The position numbers and the translations under genes are program-made. From the IMG/VR virus record IMGVR_UViG_3300037219_000017, positions 702 through 64,701 of that record: a stretch of DNA of 64,000 bases. One strand, written 5' to 3'. A model generated the notes under the pieces. It was not told the origin of the DNA. It did no database searches and was given only the letters and a program-made list of their open reading frames with translations. Numbering within the stretch: the stretch's first letter is position 1; every line of letters starts with the position of its first letter. Origin of the DNA: a virus (Duplodnaviria > Caudoviricetes). Below are positions 56,126 to 63,897 of the stretch, piece by piece.

Positions 56126-56159
56126 AACGTGAGCATAGCAGGCTCACGTTCTATGTCAA
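56126..56159 (-). promoter_or_regulatory. leaderless sigma70 promoter TTGACA-16-TATGCT overlapped by a perfect 9-bp inverted repeat
   Basis: -35 at 56159-56154, extended -10 TGcTATGCT, ATG 6 nt downstream; AACGTGAGC-7-GCTCACGTT. Confidence 0.7.
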
Positions 56160-56777
56160 CGTGACCGTGATCCCCAGTATCGACGGGACACTCGCGACTG
56201 CCGGGTTGCCGGCGCCAACCTGCAACGATACGACTGGGCTCATGCCACTTTCGGCCGGCGCCAAGTTCGTGACGGCGAAGTAGTACACGCCGGGAGCGAG
56301 CGACGGGCTGGTCCACGCGCTCACGCCCGCAACGGTCGCGACCTTGACAAGCGACCCTGGCGAGCCGCCCTGGTAAATGTTCGATCCGGTGGACGTCGTG
56401 GGATTTTGCCACGCCAAGACGGCGGACGCTTTCGGCAGCGTCGGATATGCGGTGAGCGCCGCGGAGAGATACGCCTGCTGCGCGGCCTGCGACATCTTAG
56501 TGCCCTTCGAGAGCGCCTCGATCAGCTGCGCATAGGCGTACGCGTACGCCGGAGTAGTCGCGTACATAAACCCCGGCGTGACGAGCCACTGATCACTAGG
56601 GACGAGCACGAACGCCGCGACAGCCGCAGTAAACGCCGCCTCCTGCTGCGGCATCGTCATAGCGACACCGGTAGCGAGCCGCGCCATCACGGCCGCAACC
56701 GCGGCCTTGTAGACGACAGGCGCGTTTGTGGACTGGCCCCAAGTACCCAGCAGGAATGGTGCAGGAGTGACGGCCAT
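56151..56777 (-). CDS. protein with two helical repeats + fibronectin type III-like domain
   Basis: AVLAW, NIY, LAPGVYYFAVT, ES..S FN3 signature. Confidence 0.65.
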   Translation of the reverse strand: MAVTPAPFLLGTWGQSTNAPVVYKAAVAAVMARLATGVAMTMPQQEAAFTAAVAAFVLVPSDQWLVTPGFMYATTPAYAYAYAQLIEALSKGTKMSQAAQQAYLSAALTAYPTLPKASAVLAWQNPTTSTGSNIYQGGSPGSLVKVATVAGVSAWTSPSLAPGVYYFAVTNLAPAESGMSPVVSLQVGAGNPAVASVPSILGITVTLT

Positions 56778-56778
56778 C

Positions 56779-57126
56779 CTAATGCACCGTCACGTTTGTA
56801 GGCGCGTCTGGCGTCGGCCCACCCTGCGTCCAAGTTACGCTGCCAGAGGGGACACTTACGCCATTTGCGTCAGCAGCCTCGATGTCAGCGCTGTAGCTCG
56901 TTCCAACAACCGGTGAAAACGCCGGCGTGAGTGATGCGAACGGGATCGACTCTGTGCTGCCGGGCACCCATGTGGCCGGCGCCGTGAATGCGTAGGACGT
57001 CTGTACGCCGCCCGAGGGCGTGATCTGCACGACGTACTCAGTGACTTCGCCCAGCGCGCACGCCGAGCCGTCGTTGTTCAACGTCGGCGTGACGAGCGTG
57101 AAGCCCGTTTGCGGAAGGCCGATCAT
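56779..57126 (-). CDS. FN3/Ig-like protein
   Basis: PTLNNDGS...EYVV...GTSYSADIEAAD.NG.S..S. Confidence 0.55.
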   Translation of the reverse strand: MIGLPQTGFTLVTPTLNNDGSACALGEVTEYVVQITPSGGVQTSYAFTAPATWVPGSTESIPFASLTPAFSPVVGTSYSADIEAADANGVSVPSGSVTWTQGGPTPDAPTNVTVH

Positions 57127-57299
57127 TTTATCGTCCCCGGGAACACGTGGCCCCCACCGGTGAAGTGCTCAACGAACTCCCAGATGGAAAGCAGTAGGAT
57201 CGCAACCGCGAGCGCCTGCGGGAAGATCAGCGGCTTGATGAGGAACAGGAACGCTATCAACAGCGCTCCGCCGCAGAGAATTAAGAATAAAACATCCAT
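57123..57299 (-). CDS. small 2-TM membrane protein
   Basis: GGAGG RBS; two hydrophobic segments. Confidence 0.6.
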   Translation of the reverse strand: MDVLFLILCGGALLIAFLFLIKPLIFPQALAVAILLLSIWEFVEHFTGGGHVFPGTIK

Positions 57300-57373
57300 C
57301 ACACCCTCCGAATGAGCCAAACGATCAGGAGAATCAGCACGATCGTCCCGAGTATACCACCCCCGAGGAACAT
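57299..57373 (-). CDS. 24-aa membrane peptide (DUF3309-like)
   Basis: MFLGGGILGTIVLILLIVWLIRRV; TAATG/TGATG coupling. Confidence 0.55.
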   Translation of the reverse strand: MFLGGGILGTIVLILLIVWLIRRV

Positions 57374-57690
57374 TAACGATGCCCCTGTGAGTGAGCGAGG
57401 CGCGAGTGCCGGTGCCCATGTGATCGGTGGTTCCCGTGATCTCGCAAGTCCCAGTGCCCGTGTCCGTATCCCCCGTGACCGAAGCCGAACCATAGCGGGT
57501 CCCACGCCGAGCCCGTCCAATATCCGCACCCCGGATTGTAGAACCCTACCGGTCCGGCATACGCAACGCACGGAAGCGCCACGCCGACCCCAACACTCAC
57601 GCCTTGAGCCCGTGCGAGAGACGATCCAGCAATGAGGGCCAAACCAGTCATGACGAAGTGAACGAAGTGCTTTCGCAAAAAACTGTCCAT
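57373..57690 (-). CDS. secreted Gly/His/Trp-rich protein
   Basis: AGGAG RBS; signal peptide ending ARA-Q; GVSVGVGV; His-rich tail. Confidence 0.6.
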   Translation of the reverse strand: MDSFLRKHFVHFVMTGLALIAGSSLARAQGVSVGVGVALPCVAYAGPVGFYNPGCGYWTGSAWDPLWFGFGHGGYGHGHWDLRDHGNHRSHGHRHSRLAHSQGHR

Positions 57691-57720
57691 CGGCTTTCTC
57701 CTAATCTGCGATGCCGTCCA

Positions 57721-58284
57721 TCATTTCCCCACTACGACCGTCGAACCAGGATTCGCATTCGCAGTCGCCAGAGCGGAGTCCCGCGCCTGAGCCGACTGAA
57801 TCGCCGCGTCCGTCGCCGGCTGGTTCGCAGCCTTCGCATCCGCAGCCGTCTTCGCCCGCGCAGCCTGATCCGCGTTCCAAGCGGCCACTTCCTCAGCAGT
57901 CGGATTCGGGCCTAGACCAGGGACAGCGTGCCCCGGCGGGAACCCCGCGCCTTCCTGGCCAACCACGAAGCCCGCGGAGTGGACTGTGCCTGCCGGTACG
58001 GCAGCCGCAGCTACCTGCGCGGTGCCCGCGGGGCGCTGCGTGGTCTGCATGATCGGCTCTACGTACGGCCGCAGATGTGCGGTCGCGCCGCCGAGAGGCG
58101 TGCCATCGAAGTACCGACGCGCTTGCTGGCGCTGGAGATAGGCGAGGTTGCCCTGCAAGGCATCCATCATCTGCTCAGCTTCGGATTCTGTCTGGGCGCC
58201 GCCCTCGTTTTCCCATTTGGTCTCGGACTGAACGGGGCCGTCAGAATAGATCCTGGTGGTGTGCGTTGCGAGCAAAGTTGACAT
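57721..58284 (-). CDS. hypothetical protein
   Basis: AGGAG RBS; Ala-rich C-terminus. Confidence 0.6.
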   Translation of the reverse strand: MSTLLATHTTRIYSDGPVQSETKWENEGGAQTESEAEQMMDALQGNLAYLQRQQARRYFDGTPLGGATAHLRPYVEPIMQTTQRPAGTAQVAAAAVPAGTVHSAGFVVGQEGAGFPPGHAVPGLGPNPTAEEVAAWNADQAARAKTAADAKAANQPATDAAIQSAQARDSALATANANPGSTVVVGK

Positions 58285-58324
58285 GTTGGAAACTCCTGAA
58301 AAAACGCGGAAAAATCACAAATTC

Positions 58325-58399
58325 GGTAGCGCAGGTCGGACTCGGACCGACGATAACCGCCTTATGAGGGCGGTGCCTTAGCCGCTAGGCGACTGCGCA
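58325..58399 (-). tRNA. tRNA with CAT anticodon (Met or Ile2)
   Basis: Acceptor GCGCAG/CTGCGC, D stem GCCT/AGGC, anticodon stem CCGCC-CTCATAA-GGCGG, T stem GTCGG-TCCGAGT-CCGAC, ends A-CC(G). Confidence 0.88.
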
Positions 58400-58406
58400 G
58401 GTACTG

Positions 58407-58435
58407 ACTGTATCCTGCGTTTATGCAACGTACAA
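58407..58435 (-). promoter_or_regulatory. sigma70-like promoter TTGTAC-17-TACAGT for the tRNA
   Basis: -10 ends 7 nt before tRNA position 1. Confidence 0.55.
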
Positions 58436-58444
58436 TGGGGGAAG

Positions 58445-58942
58445 TTAACAATATATAAACTTATTTTTGAGTGCGTCTACCCGGCGCGCTTCTGTACGGA
58501 TGGCGTGGCAGCAAGCACAGACAACATCACACCGATCGAGTTCGGCCTGGATATCTACATAGCTGTGGGATCGAGCCTTGGATATCACGAAGTTCTTTCC
58601 CTCCCCAGGTCGATGATCAAATTGCATCGCGCATGGAGGGAAGTTGTTGTGGCAGTCTGCGCAAGGCTGTTTTTTCAGCTCTAAAATTTTTTGGAGCGTC
58701 GCATCTCGCAGCTCACGATGTCGCGTACGGATAGGAACTCCTAGTGCGTCGTCGATCGACATCCCGCGAGCGACTCGCTTGCGAAACGTGTCGCGGCTCA
58801 TGCCGGCCTCACGCGCCCATTGCCTCTGCGGCTTCGTCACGCCGTTGTGCGTCAGCATATTCACTTTGCCGCTAGACGGGCTGCGCGGGCCGAGGGATTG
58901 GCGGCGCGGGAATCCTAGCTCTGGCTGGTATGGTCTGTTCAT
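58445..58942 (-). CDS. HNH endonuclease with N-terminal HTH-like domain
   Basis: THNGVTK..QWAREAGMS...RVARGMS; PCADC...FDH...CDVVCACCHAIRT. Confidence 0.8.
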   Translation of the reverse strand: MNRPYQPELGFPRRQSLGPRSPSSGKVNMLTHNGVTKPQRQWAREAGMSRDTFRKRVARGMSIDDALGVPIRTRHRELRDATLQKILELKKQPCADCHNNFPPCAMQFDHRPGEGKNFVISKARSHSYVDIQAELDRCDVVCACCHAIRTEARRVDALKNKFIYC

Positions 58943-58988
58943 GTCCGGACTATACACACCCTGGACAAAGAGCGCAAGTGCTGGACAA
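58943..58988 (-). promoter_or_regulatory. leaderless promoter TTGCGC-17-TATAGT with CTGGACAA direct repeats
   Basis: ATG 6 nt after the -10; CTGGACAA at 58961 and 58981; GTCCGGAC palindrome at 58943. Confidence 0.6.
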
Positions 58989-59468
58989 GTAAAAAATCTC
59001 AACAATTCTATGCACTTACAGTGAGCCGCGCAGCACCACCCGGGGCACCGGTCCACACCCCTATGGGGTCTGTTACATATTCCTCAGCCCGCTCAGCCCG
59101 CGCTGTCATAACGCGACGCATATCCCTAGTGATAGGTGCAGCGCACGCCACAAGGCCCGCTGCACAGTACGGTGTAGGCAGAGGCGCATACACGACAGCC
59201 ATAGGTTCAGGACACGCAGTAGGTTCGCAGGATAACGACGGCCGCAATGCAAGCTGGCGTCGCTTAGCGGGCTCGCTGGCACAGTCGCAGAACGAGCTTA
59301 TGGTCGGCCTAAACTGACATTGGTCTCAGTCGGTCCTGTCACAGACTGCGCGCAGGAAATTATGGTTGGACCGTGCAAACGGTCGCAAGAGTACCAGTGC
59401 TGCTATCTTCATCGTGGTGCCTAAGAGGGGCATCTATCTAAACGCCAATTCGGACCCTAGTGCATGTC

Positions 59469-59578
59469 ATGGGACAGGCTAAGCGGGCTTACAAGCTCGC
59501 GTTCCGATTACAGGGCCGCAGTGTTACTACTGCGGAACCCCAAGGCATATTTACCGGGGGTTATGCTCTCTTAATTAG
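59469..59578 (+). pseudogene. frameshifted HNH N-terminal relic
   Basis: MGQAKRAYKLAFRLQGR, then (-1 frame) CYYCGTP..., stop at 59576. Confidence 0.4.
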
Positions 59579-59975
59579 TTATGGCGAGCGCGTTATCTCG
59601 TTGCCAGATAGCAAGGCGACCGATAACACGCGTAAGTCATTGAGCGATAAGCTAGATTCCGGCTTTTGTTATTCTGTTATTATATTATTAAAGGATTTAG
59701 TATATATATATATAGAGGGGACCGCCGATTTTAGCTGTGCGGGCTTCGCTCGGAATTCGTCTAGGTTTTCGAGAAAAGCGATAACAGAATAACAGCGTTG
59801 ATTTATAAGCATATTTCCGTTATTCTGTTATTGGGGACCGATAACGACCCTCCGCCGCGCCCGCGCGGCCCGCGCAGCGAAAAAGCCGATCGTTGATTTA
59901 TAAGCATATTTTCGTTACCGCGGTTATTAAAGCGCTAACGTTTTGACAACACTTCGCGCCCGCGCAGCCCGCATG
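59560..59975. repeat. AT-rich iteron-like region (putative origin / genome end)
   Basis: 27-bp direct repeat at 59796 and 59891; GTTATTCTGTTAT in both orientations; (TA)n tract about 59701-59714; lies between divergent transcription units. Confidence 0.6.
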
Positions 59976-60022
59976 ACTAATTCAGTGAGCATAATCCCCT
60001 AGTAGCAAAAGAGGTTTAATAT

Positions 60023-60286
60023 ATGATGATCAAAGGTATCCCACGACTTGCACCGTATATACGGGAAGTCACGCGCGACGGTAATCGCTGGCTAGCAGTT
60101 TGCAAACCGACGAGTTTGACCGATCGCATTGCTTTACGGTCTACTGAGAATCTTGTCATTACTTCAGCTATGCGCAATGCGCCGATGGGCGCGAGCGTGC
60201 TCTGCAATCAGAAAGCGGCATACTCGCGACGTTGCGGCCAATGGGCGCGCGCTGTTCGTAAAGCTCGATTCGCGGGGCGATCGTGA
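60023..60286 (+). CDS. hypothetical early protein
   Basis: GAGG RBS; first + strand ORF after the repeat region. Confidence 0.45.
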   Translation: MMIKGIPRLAPYIREVTRDGNRWLAVCKPTSLTDRIALRSTENLVITSAMRNAPMGASVLCNQKAAYSRRCGQWARAVRKARFAGRS

Positions 60287-60381
60287 AAGCGTTGGCAGGC
60301 TTGGCAATCGTCGTGTCCGGATGTGTCGCGGCGCAGTGGCTGATAATCGGCGCACTGTGGCTAATCGTGAGCATTCTGTGA
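60283..60381 (+). CDS. 32-aa hydrophobic peptide
   Basis: GTGA coupling; KALAGLAIVVSGCVAAQWLIIGALWLIVSIL. Confidence 0.4.
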   Translation: MKALAGLAIVVSGCVAAQWLIIGALWLIVSIL

Positions 60382-60556
60382 GCGGCGCGGGCTTTTTCGC
60401 TTGGCCGCGACATGGTTGCGTATCCATACGAATCCGCATGGGATTTTGGGGGTACGTGTTTTTCTTCACAAGCTGAATCTAGCCTTAGCGCTTCGCTGCA
60501 AGCGTTGCGCTCGGGGTAGGTAAGTTCGCCTACCGCATAATCCCCGGAGTTCTTAT

Positions 60557-61216
60557 ATGTCAATCGTAAAATTGTTAGCAGCTGGCGCGGAATTCAACGA
60601 ACTGGTTTCAAAGATCGGCAAGTCGTCGTCCGCAGTTCAGGCAGATATTCATCAAGCCGCTTGTTCAGCGTTTAATCATGCGTTCACGCATGGTGACAAT
60701 ACTGGAGTCAGGCAGTTAATGGATGCGGTGGAACCCTCGAAGGGTATCCGCCGTCTTGCCATTGCTCACTGGTTCAACCATTTCAGTGACGGCAAGATCG
60801 TGCTATCTCAGGAAAAAGAGGTTAACGCGGACACTGGTTTCAAGGACTGGAAGATCAACCATGATCGTTTTCAGGGTTGGGACAAGTGCGACGTGCACAC
60901 CAATCTGACGGAAGTAATCGAGGAAGCGATGGAAACGTCTTTCGCTGACTTGGTTCCTGAGAAAGCTCATACAACGCTGATCCTCAAGAAGTTCCTCAAG
61001 AGCTTGTCACGGTCGGCTACCAATCGGAAGATGTTCGATGGTACGCGCATCCCGCAAGTGTCTGGCGAGGTTAACGAGATAGCGTCAATGTTGGTGGGCA
61101 TCGTCGAGAAGTACATGGCTGAGCGTGATGCAGCGAAGCCTTCGATCGATGTCGTCAACGCAATCAAGGATGCGCAGGTAGGCATCGACATCCCGGCGTT
61201 GCTGAAAGCAGCGTAA
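60557..61216 (+). CDS. conserved early phage protein
   Basis: GGAG RBS; IHQAACSA.NHA..HGD...RR.AIAHWF pattern seen in early podophage proteins; followed by a terminator. Confidence 0.7.
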   Translation: MSIVKLLAAGAEFNELVSKIGKSSSAVQADIHQAACSAFNHAFTHGDNTGVRQLMDAVEPSKGIRRLAIAHWFNHFSDGKIVLSQEKEVNADTGFKDWKINHDRFQGWDKCDVHTNLTEVIEEAMETSFADLVPEKAHTTLILKKFLKSLSRSATNRKMFDGTRIPQVSGEVNEIASMLVGIVEKYMAERDAAKPSIDVVNAIKDAQVGIDIPALLKAA

Positions 61217-61239
61217 CTGAAGGTCGCTTAGGTTATTTT

Positions 61240-61273
61240 CCCCGGTAGTGCACGTTGGCTACCGGGGTTTTTT
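61240..61273 (+). terminator. intrinsic terminator
   Basis: CCCCGGTAG/CTACCGGGG stem + T6. Confidence 0.8.
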
Positions 61274-61356
61274 CCTAAGCGTCGCTTTTTGGAGTTCAGC
61301 CCGCTGAGCCCGTGAGAGTGCTGCATCAGCCGAGTGTCGATAGCACTCAAAACCTA

Positions 61357-61387
61357 TTGACATCGCGCGGGCTCACCATGCTAAACT
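61357..61387 (+). promoter_or_regulatory. sigma70-like promoter (TTGACA; extended -10 TGcTAAACT)
   Basis: Follows the terminator; 19-nt spacer is longer than ideal. Confidence 0.45.
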
Positions 61388-61498
61388 TTCGACGCGAGGC
61401 ACGTGATTCTAGGCTTGTTTGCAATGCCTTTAACTTAAATGGCTGCGCAGGTATTCACGCGCCTCGCCCCTTTTTTCAATGCGAAAGGAAATGACACG

Positions 61499-61588
61499 AT
61501 GAAAGCTATTTGCCTCTTCCTTGTGGTGGCAATAATTCTAGGCATTTTAATTGTGTTCGGAGTACGCGACATCGCAGCGGCAGGATGA
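61499..61588 (+). CDS. 29-aa membrane peptide
   Basis: AAAGGA RBS; MKAICLFLVVAIILGILIVFGVRDIAAAG. Confidence 0.5.
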   Translation: MKAICLFLVVAIILGILIVFGVRDIAAAG

Positions 61589-61592
61589 TCCA

Positions 61593-61835
61593 ATGAGCTG
61601 TCTAACACACGCGCAGGAGGTAGCTAAAATCCGCGCGTTGCACGGACTACAATCAGAAGCCGAGCGCGTCGAGCGCGTCAAGTTCATGGTCGCGCATAAT
61701 GCCAAAGCTGAGGAGCTGTGGACGGCGTATAAGCCTAATCCGTGGCGCATGCCCGACCCGAAAGATAAACCCCCAACAGACACCGGCAGTTTGCGCGACA
61801 TGATTGAGCACCAATATCAACGGAGGGCCAGATGA
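61593..61835 (+). CDS. hypothetical protein
   Basis: AGGA RBS; ATGA coupling to the next gene. Confidence 0.55.
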   Translation: MSCLTHAQEVAKIRALHGLQSEAERVERVKFMVAHNAKAEELWTAYKPNPWRMPDPKDKPPTDTGSLRDMIEHQYQRRAR

Positions 61836-62065
61836 GAAATTTCAAATACCCGACTGAACGCGTGAGCGTACAGCTCCGTAGCCCGCCGGGTGGGTTCACG
61901 TCGAAAGCGCTGGAGGACTCACGAGGCGCGCTGGCGCGAAGGCAGTTATCCGTCATGGATGGACCAAGGTGTAAAGTCTGCGGCGACCGGCGCACGCACC
62001 TACGCCACGCGCGATTCGTGACTGAGTTCGACCACCAGTTTGTGCCAATGAGGATACAATCGTGA
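61832..62065 (+). CDS. hypothetical protein with CxxC
   Basis: GGAGG RBS; CKVCG...H. Confidence 0.5.
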   Translation: MRNFKYPTERVSVQLRSPPGGFTSKALEDSRGALARRQLSVMDGPRCKVCGDRRTHLRHARFVTEFDHQFVPMRIQS

Positions 62066-62277
62066 CTGAGTTTTCATGGGATAGAGTGCCGTCGGCTGAC
62101 GCCACCGACAGGAATTACAACAGGCGCCGCAGGATACGGCGCGCGATCATCGAAGCAGCAGACAGGCGCATCCGTGATCGCAGACAGGCAGATCCGCCGA
62201 CGCTGTGCCTAGCCAGCGATTGCAAATGCGATCTGATCCATAAACTAGGCGGCGATACGCTCACGCTCGCGCCATGA
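62062..62277 (+). CDS. hypothetical protein
   Basis: GTGA coupling. Confidence 0.45.
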   Translation: MTEFSWDRVPSADATDRNYNRRRRIRRAIIEAADRRIRDRRQADPPTLCLASDCKCDLIHKLGGDTLTLAP

Positions 62278-62461
62278 AGCCAGAGGACGAGACTACAATC
62301 GAGCTGCCGCTGTGGGAGATACAGGAAGCGTTCAAGCGCTTGTTACCTGGGCTAACATTTGGCACGAACGAGCTTCGAGCCGCCGAGCCCGCAGAATCGG
62401 AAGTTAAATGCGACCGAATGTGAGTCAGGCTTGGCGGCCCGATTTTTAATCAGGAGCTTCA

Positions 62462-62749
62462 ATGCTACCGGCACCGCAGATAGCAGCGTTATGGTTGATG
62501 CTGCACCATCCTAGCTATCACCACAATTGGGTGGATAGCTCGTATCAGGACGAGATTGGGAATTTCGGCGATAGCTTAGCACTCGCAAGAACAAAGAGGT
62601 GTGGGCAGTTCCCGCGCATGCGTCGCTTGCTGATTGAGCTAAGCCGCGACATGCCGATCAGCGACTCAGATTCATATTACAGCGATGTATTCCTCGCACT
62701 GATGGAGATAGCAGATGGCCACAGAACAGAAAAAGCAGGGCAAAGGTAA
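62462..62749 (+). CDS. hypothetical protein
   Basis: AGGAG RBS. Confidence 0.5.
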   Translation: MLPAPQIAALWLMLHHPSYHHNWVDSSYQDEIGNFGDSLALARTKRCGQFPRMRRLLIELSRDMPISDSDSYYSDVFLALMEIADGHRTEKAGQR

Positions 62750-62966
62750 GAAGCTGCGCCGCTGCTCGAAGCACGTGCCAATGTATAAGGAACAGTTCTT
62801 CACCACCGAGCGCAACAAGAAGCGCACGCTGGGTCGGCGCATCCGGCACCATCCCAATGACCTACAAGCGATCAAGCTGTACGACGCGCGCTACCACATC
62901 GGCAGCGCCGGGCATCTCAACAATCTCACCGGCAAGGGTCGGTGGCTATTGGAGCGCCGCGCATGA
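62715..62966 (+). CDS. basic hypothetical protein
   Basis: GGAG RBS; RNKKR...H..HHPND.QA pattern. Confidence 0.55.
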   Translation: MATEQKKQGKGKKLRRCSKHVPMYKEQFFTTERNKKRTLGRRIRHHPNDLQAIKLYDARYHIGSAGHLNNLTGKGRWLLERRA

Positions 62967-63072
62967 ACACGCTCAGACGCTGGGCATTCAGGTTCTATTG
63001 GTTCGTGATGGCTATAACGACGGCCTTCACGATTTGGATTTATCTCAACTCACCGACAAATTAGGAGATATC

Positions 63073-63456
63073 ATGTGTTTTTTGATTGATCGCGCAGTCA
63101 CGAGCTGCGCGCGTCGCACTGTCTATAAGATTGTGCGACCAGAGTCACGCACGCGATTCCACAGCCGCACATACTGCGGCGAGTTCGTAGTAGGCAAGGA
63201 AACTTTCGCGGATGCTGGTCGCACGTCCGGGGGTAGCAAGCGCAGGCACGCACACCACGGCATCTACGTGTTCTTGCATCTCAAACAAGCGCGCATCGAA
63301 CAAGCGCGCATCAAACGCACATCGTGGTGTAATCGCCGCTTGCGAATCATAAAGCTGCGCGTTGATCCTATGGACTTCATCTTCATGAACGATGACGGGG
63401 TTCGCATCGCAACCTACAAAAGAGTCAAAACGCTAGGAGTAGTGAAATGCAGGTAA
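63073..63456 (+). CDS. hypothetical protein
   Basis: AGGAG RBS before ATG 63073; VYKIV...HGIYVF pattern. Confidence 0.55.
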   Translation: MCFLIDRAVTSCARRTVYKIVRPESRTRFHSRTYCGEFVVGKETFADAGRTSGGSKRRHAHHGIYVFLHLKQARIEQARIKRTSWCNRRLRIIKLRVDPMDFIFMNDDGVRIATYKRVKTLGVVKCR

Positions 63457-63558
63457 CGAAAATCGATCCGGCTGACGTGATACGCCGGAGCCCGGCCGCG
63501 TGCGCGAAGCTCCAAGCCGAGCGCCAGGCCGCCCGCGCAGCCCGCAAGGAGGAAAGCC

Positions 63559-63897
63559 GTGCGAAGTACAAGCGACAGTACGCGCGCCGAGCACCATAAG
63601 TGGGACGCGTACTGGTTGCTGTTCACAATTGCAGTCGAAGGCGTCCCATCGTCAAACCCCAAGTATCACCTTGCAGAGTGGCTTGAAAATGCGGTTATAA
63701 AAGATGGCGCAGAGATGAAGCGCATTATCGCACTGCCCGCGCCTGCGTTCCGTAATTCGACTGTCGGCGTCGCGCTCGAACAAATGGGCATTCAGCCGAC
63801 GCTCGCCAACTACCTAAGACTGCGCCGCGCGTGCGAGCGCTCATTGGAGGAAGAACGTGCCCAAAAACGCGAAGCAGCGCTTACGAAAGAAGTATGA
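63559..63897 (+). CDS. hypothetical protein
   Basis: AGGAGG RBS, GTG start. Confidence 0.5.
   Translation: MRSTSDSTRAEHHKWDAYWLLFTIAVEGVPSSNPKYHLAEWLENAVIKDGAEMKRIIALPAPAFRNSTVGVALEQMGIQPTLANYLRLRRACERSLEEERAQKREAALTKEV

Noticed and set aside
63285-63316. 15-nt duplication (QARI-E-QARI)
   Set aside because: Single short in-frame slippage event with no further structure
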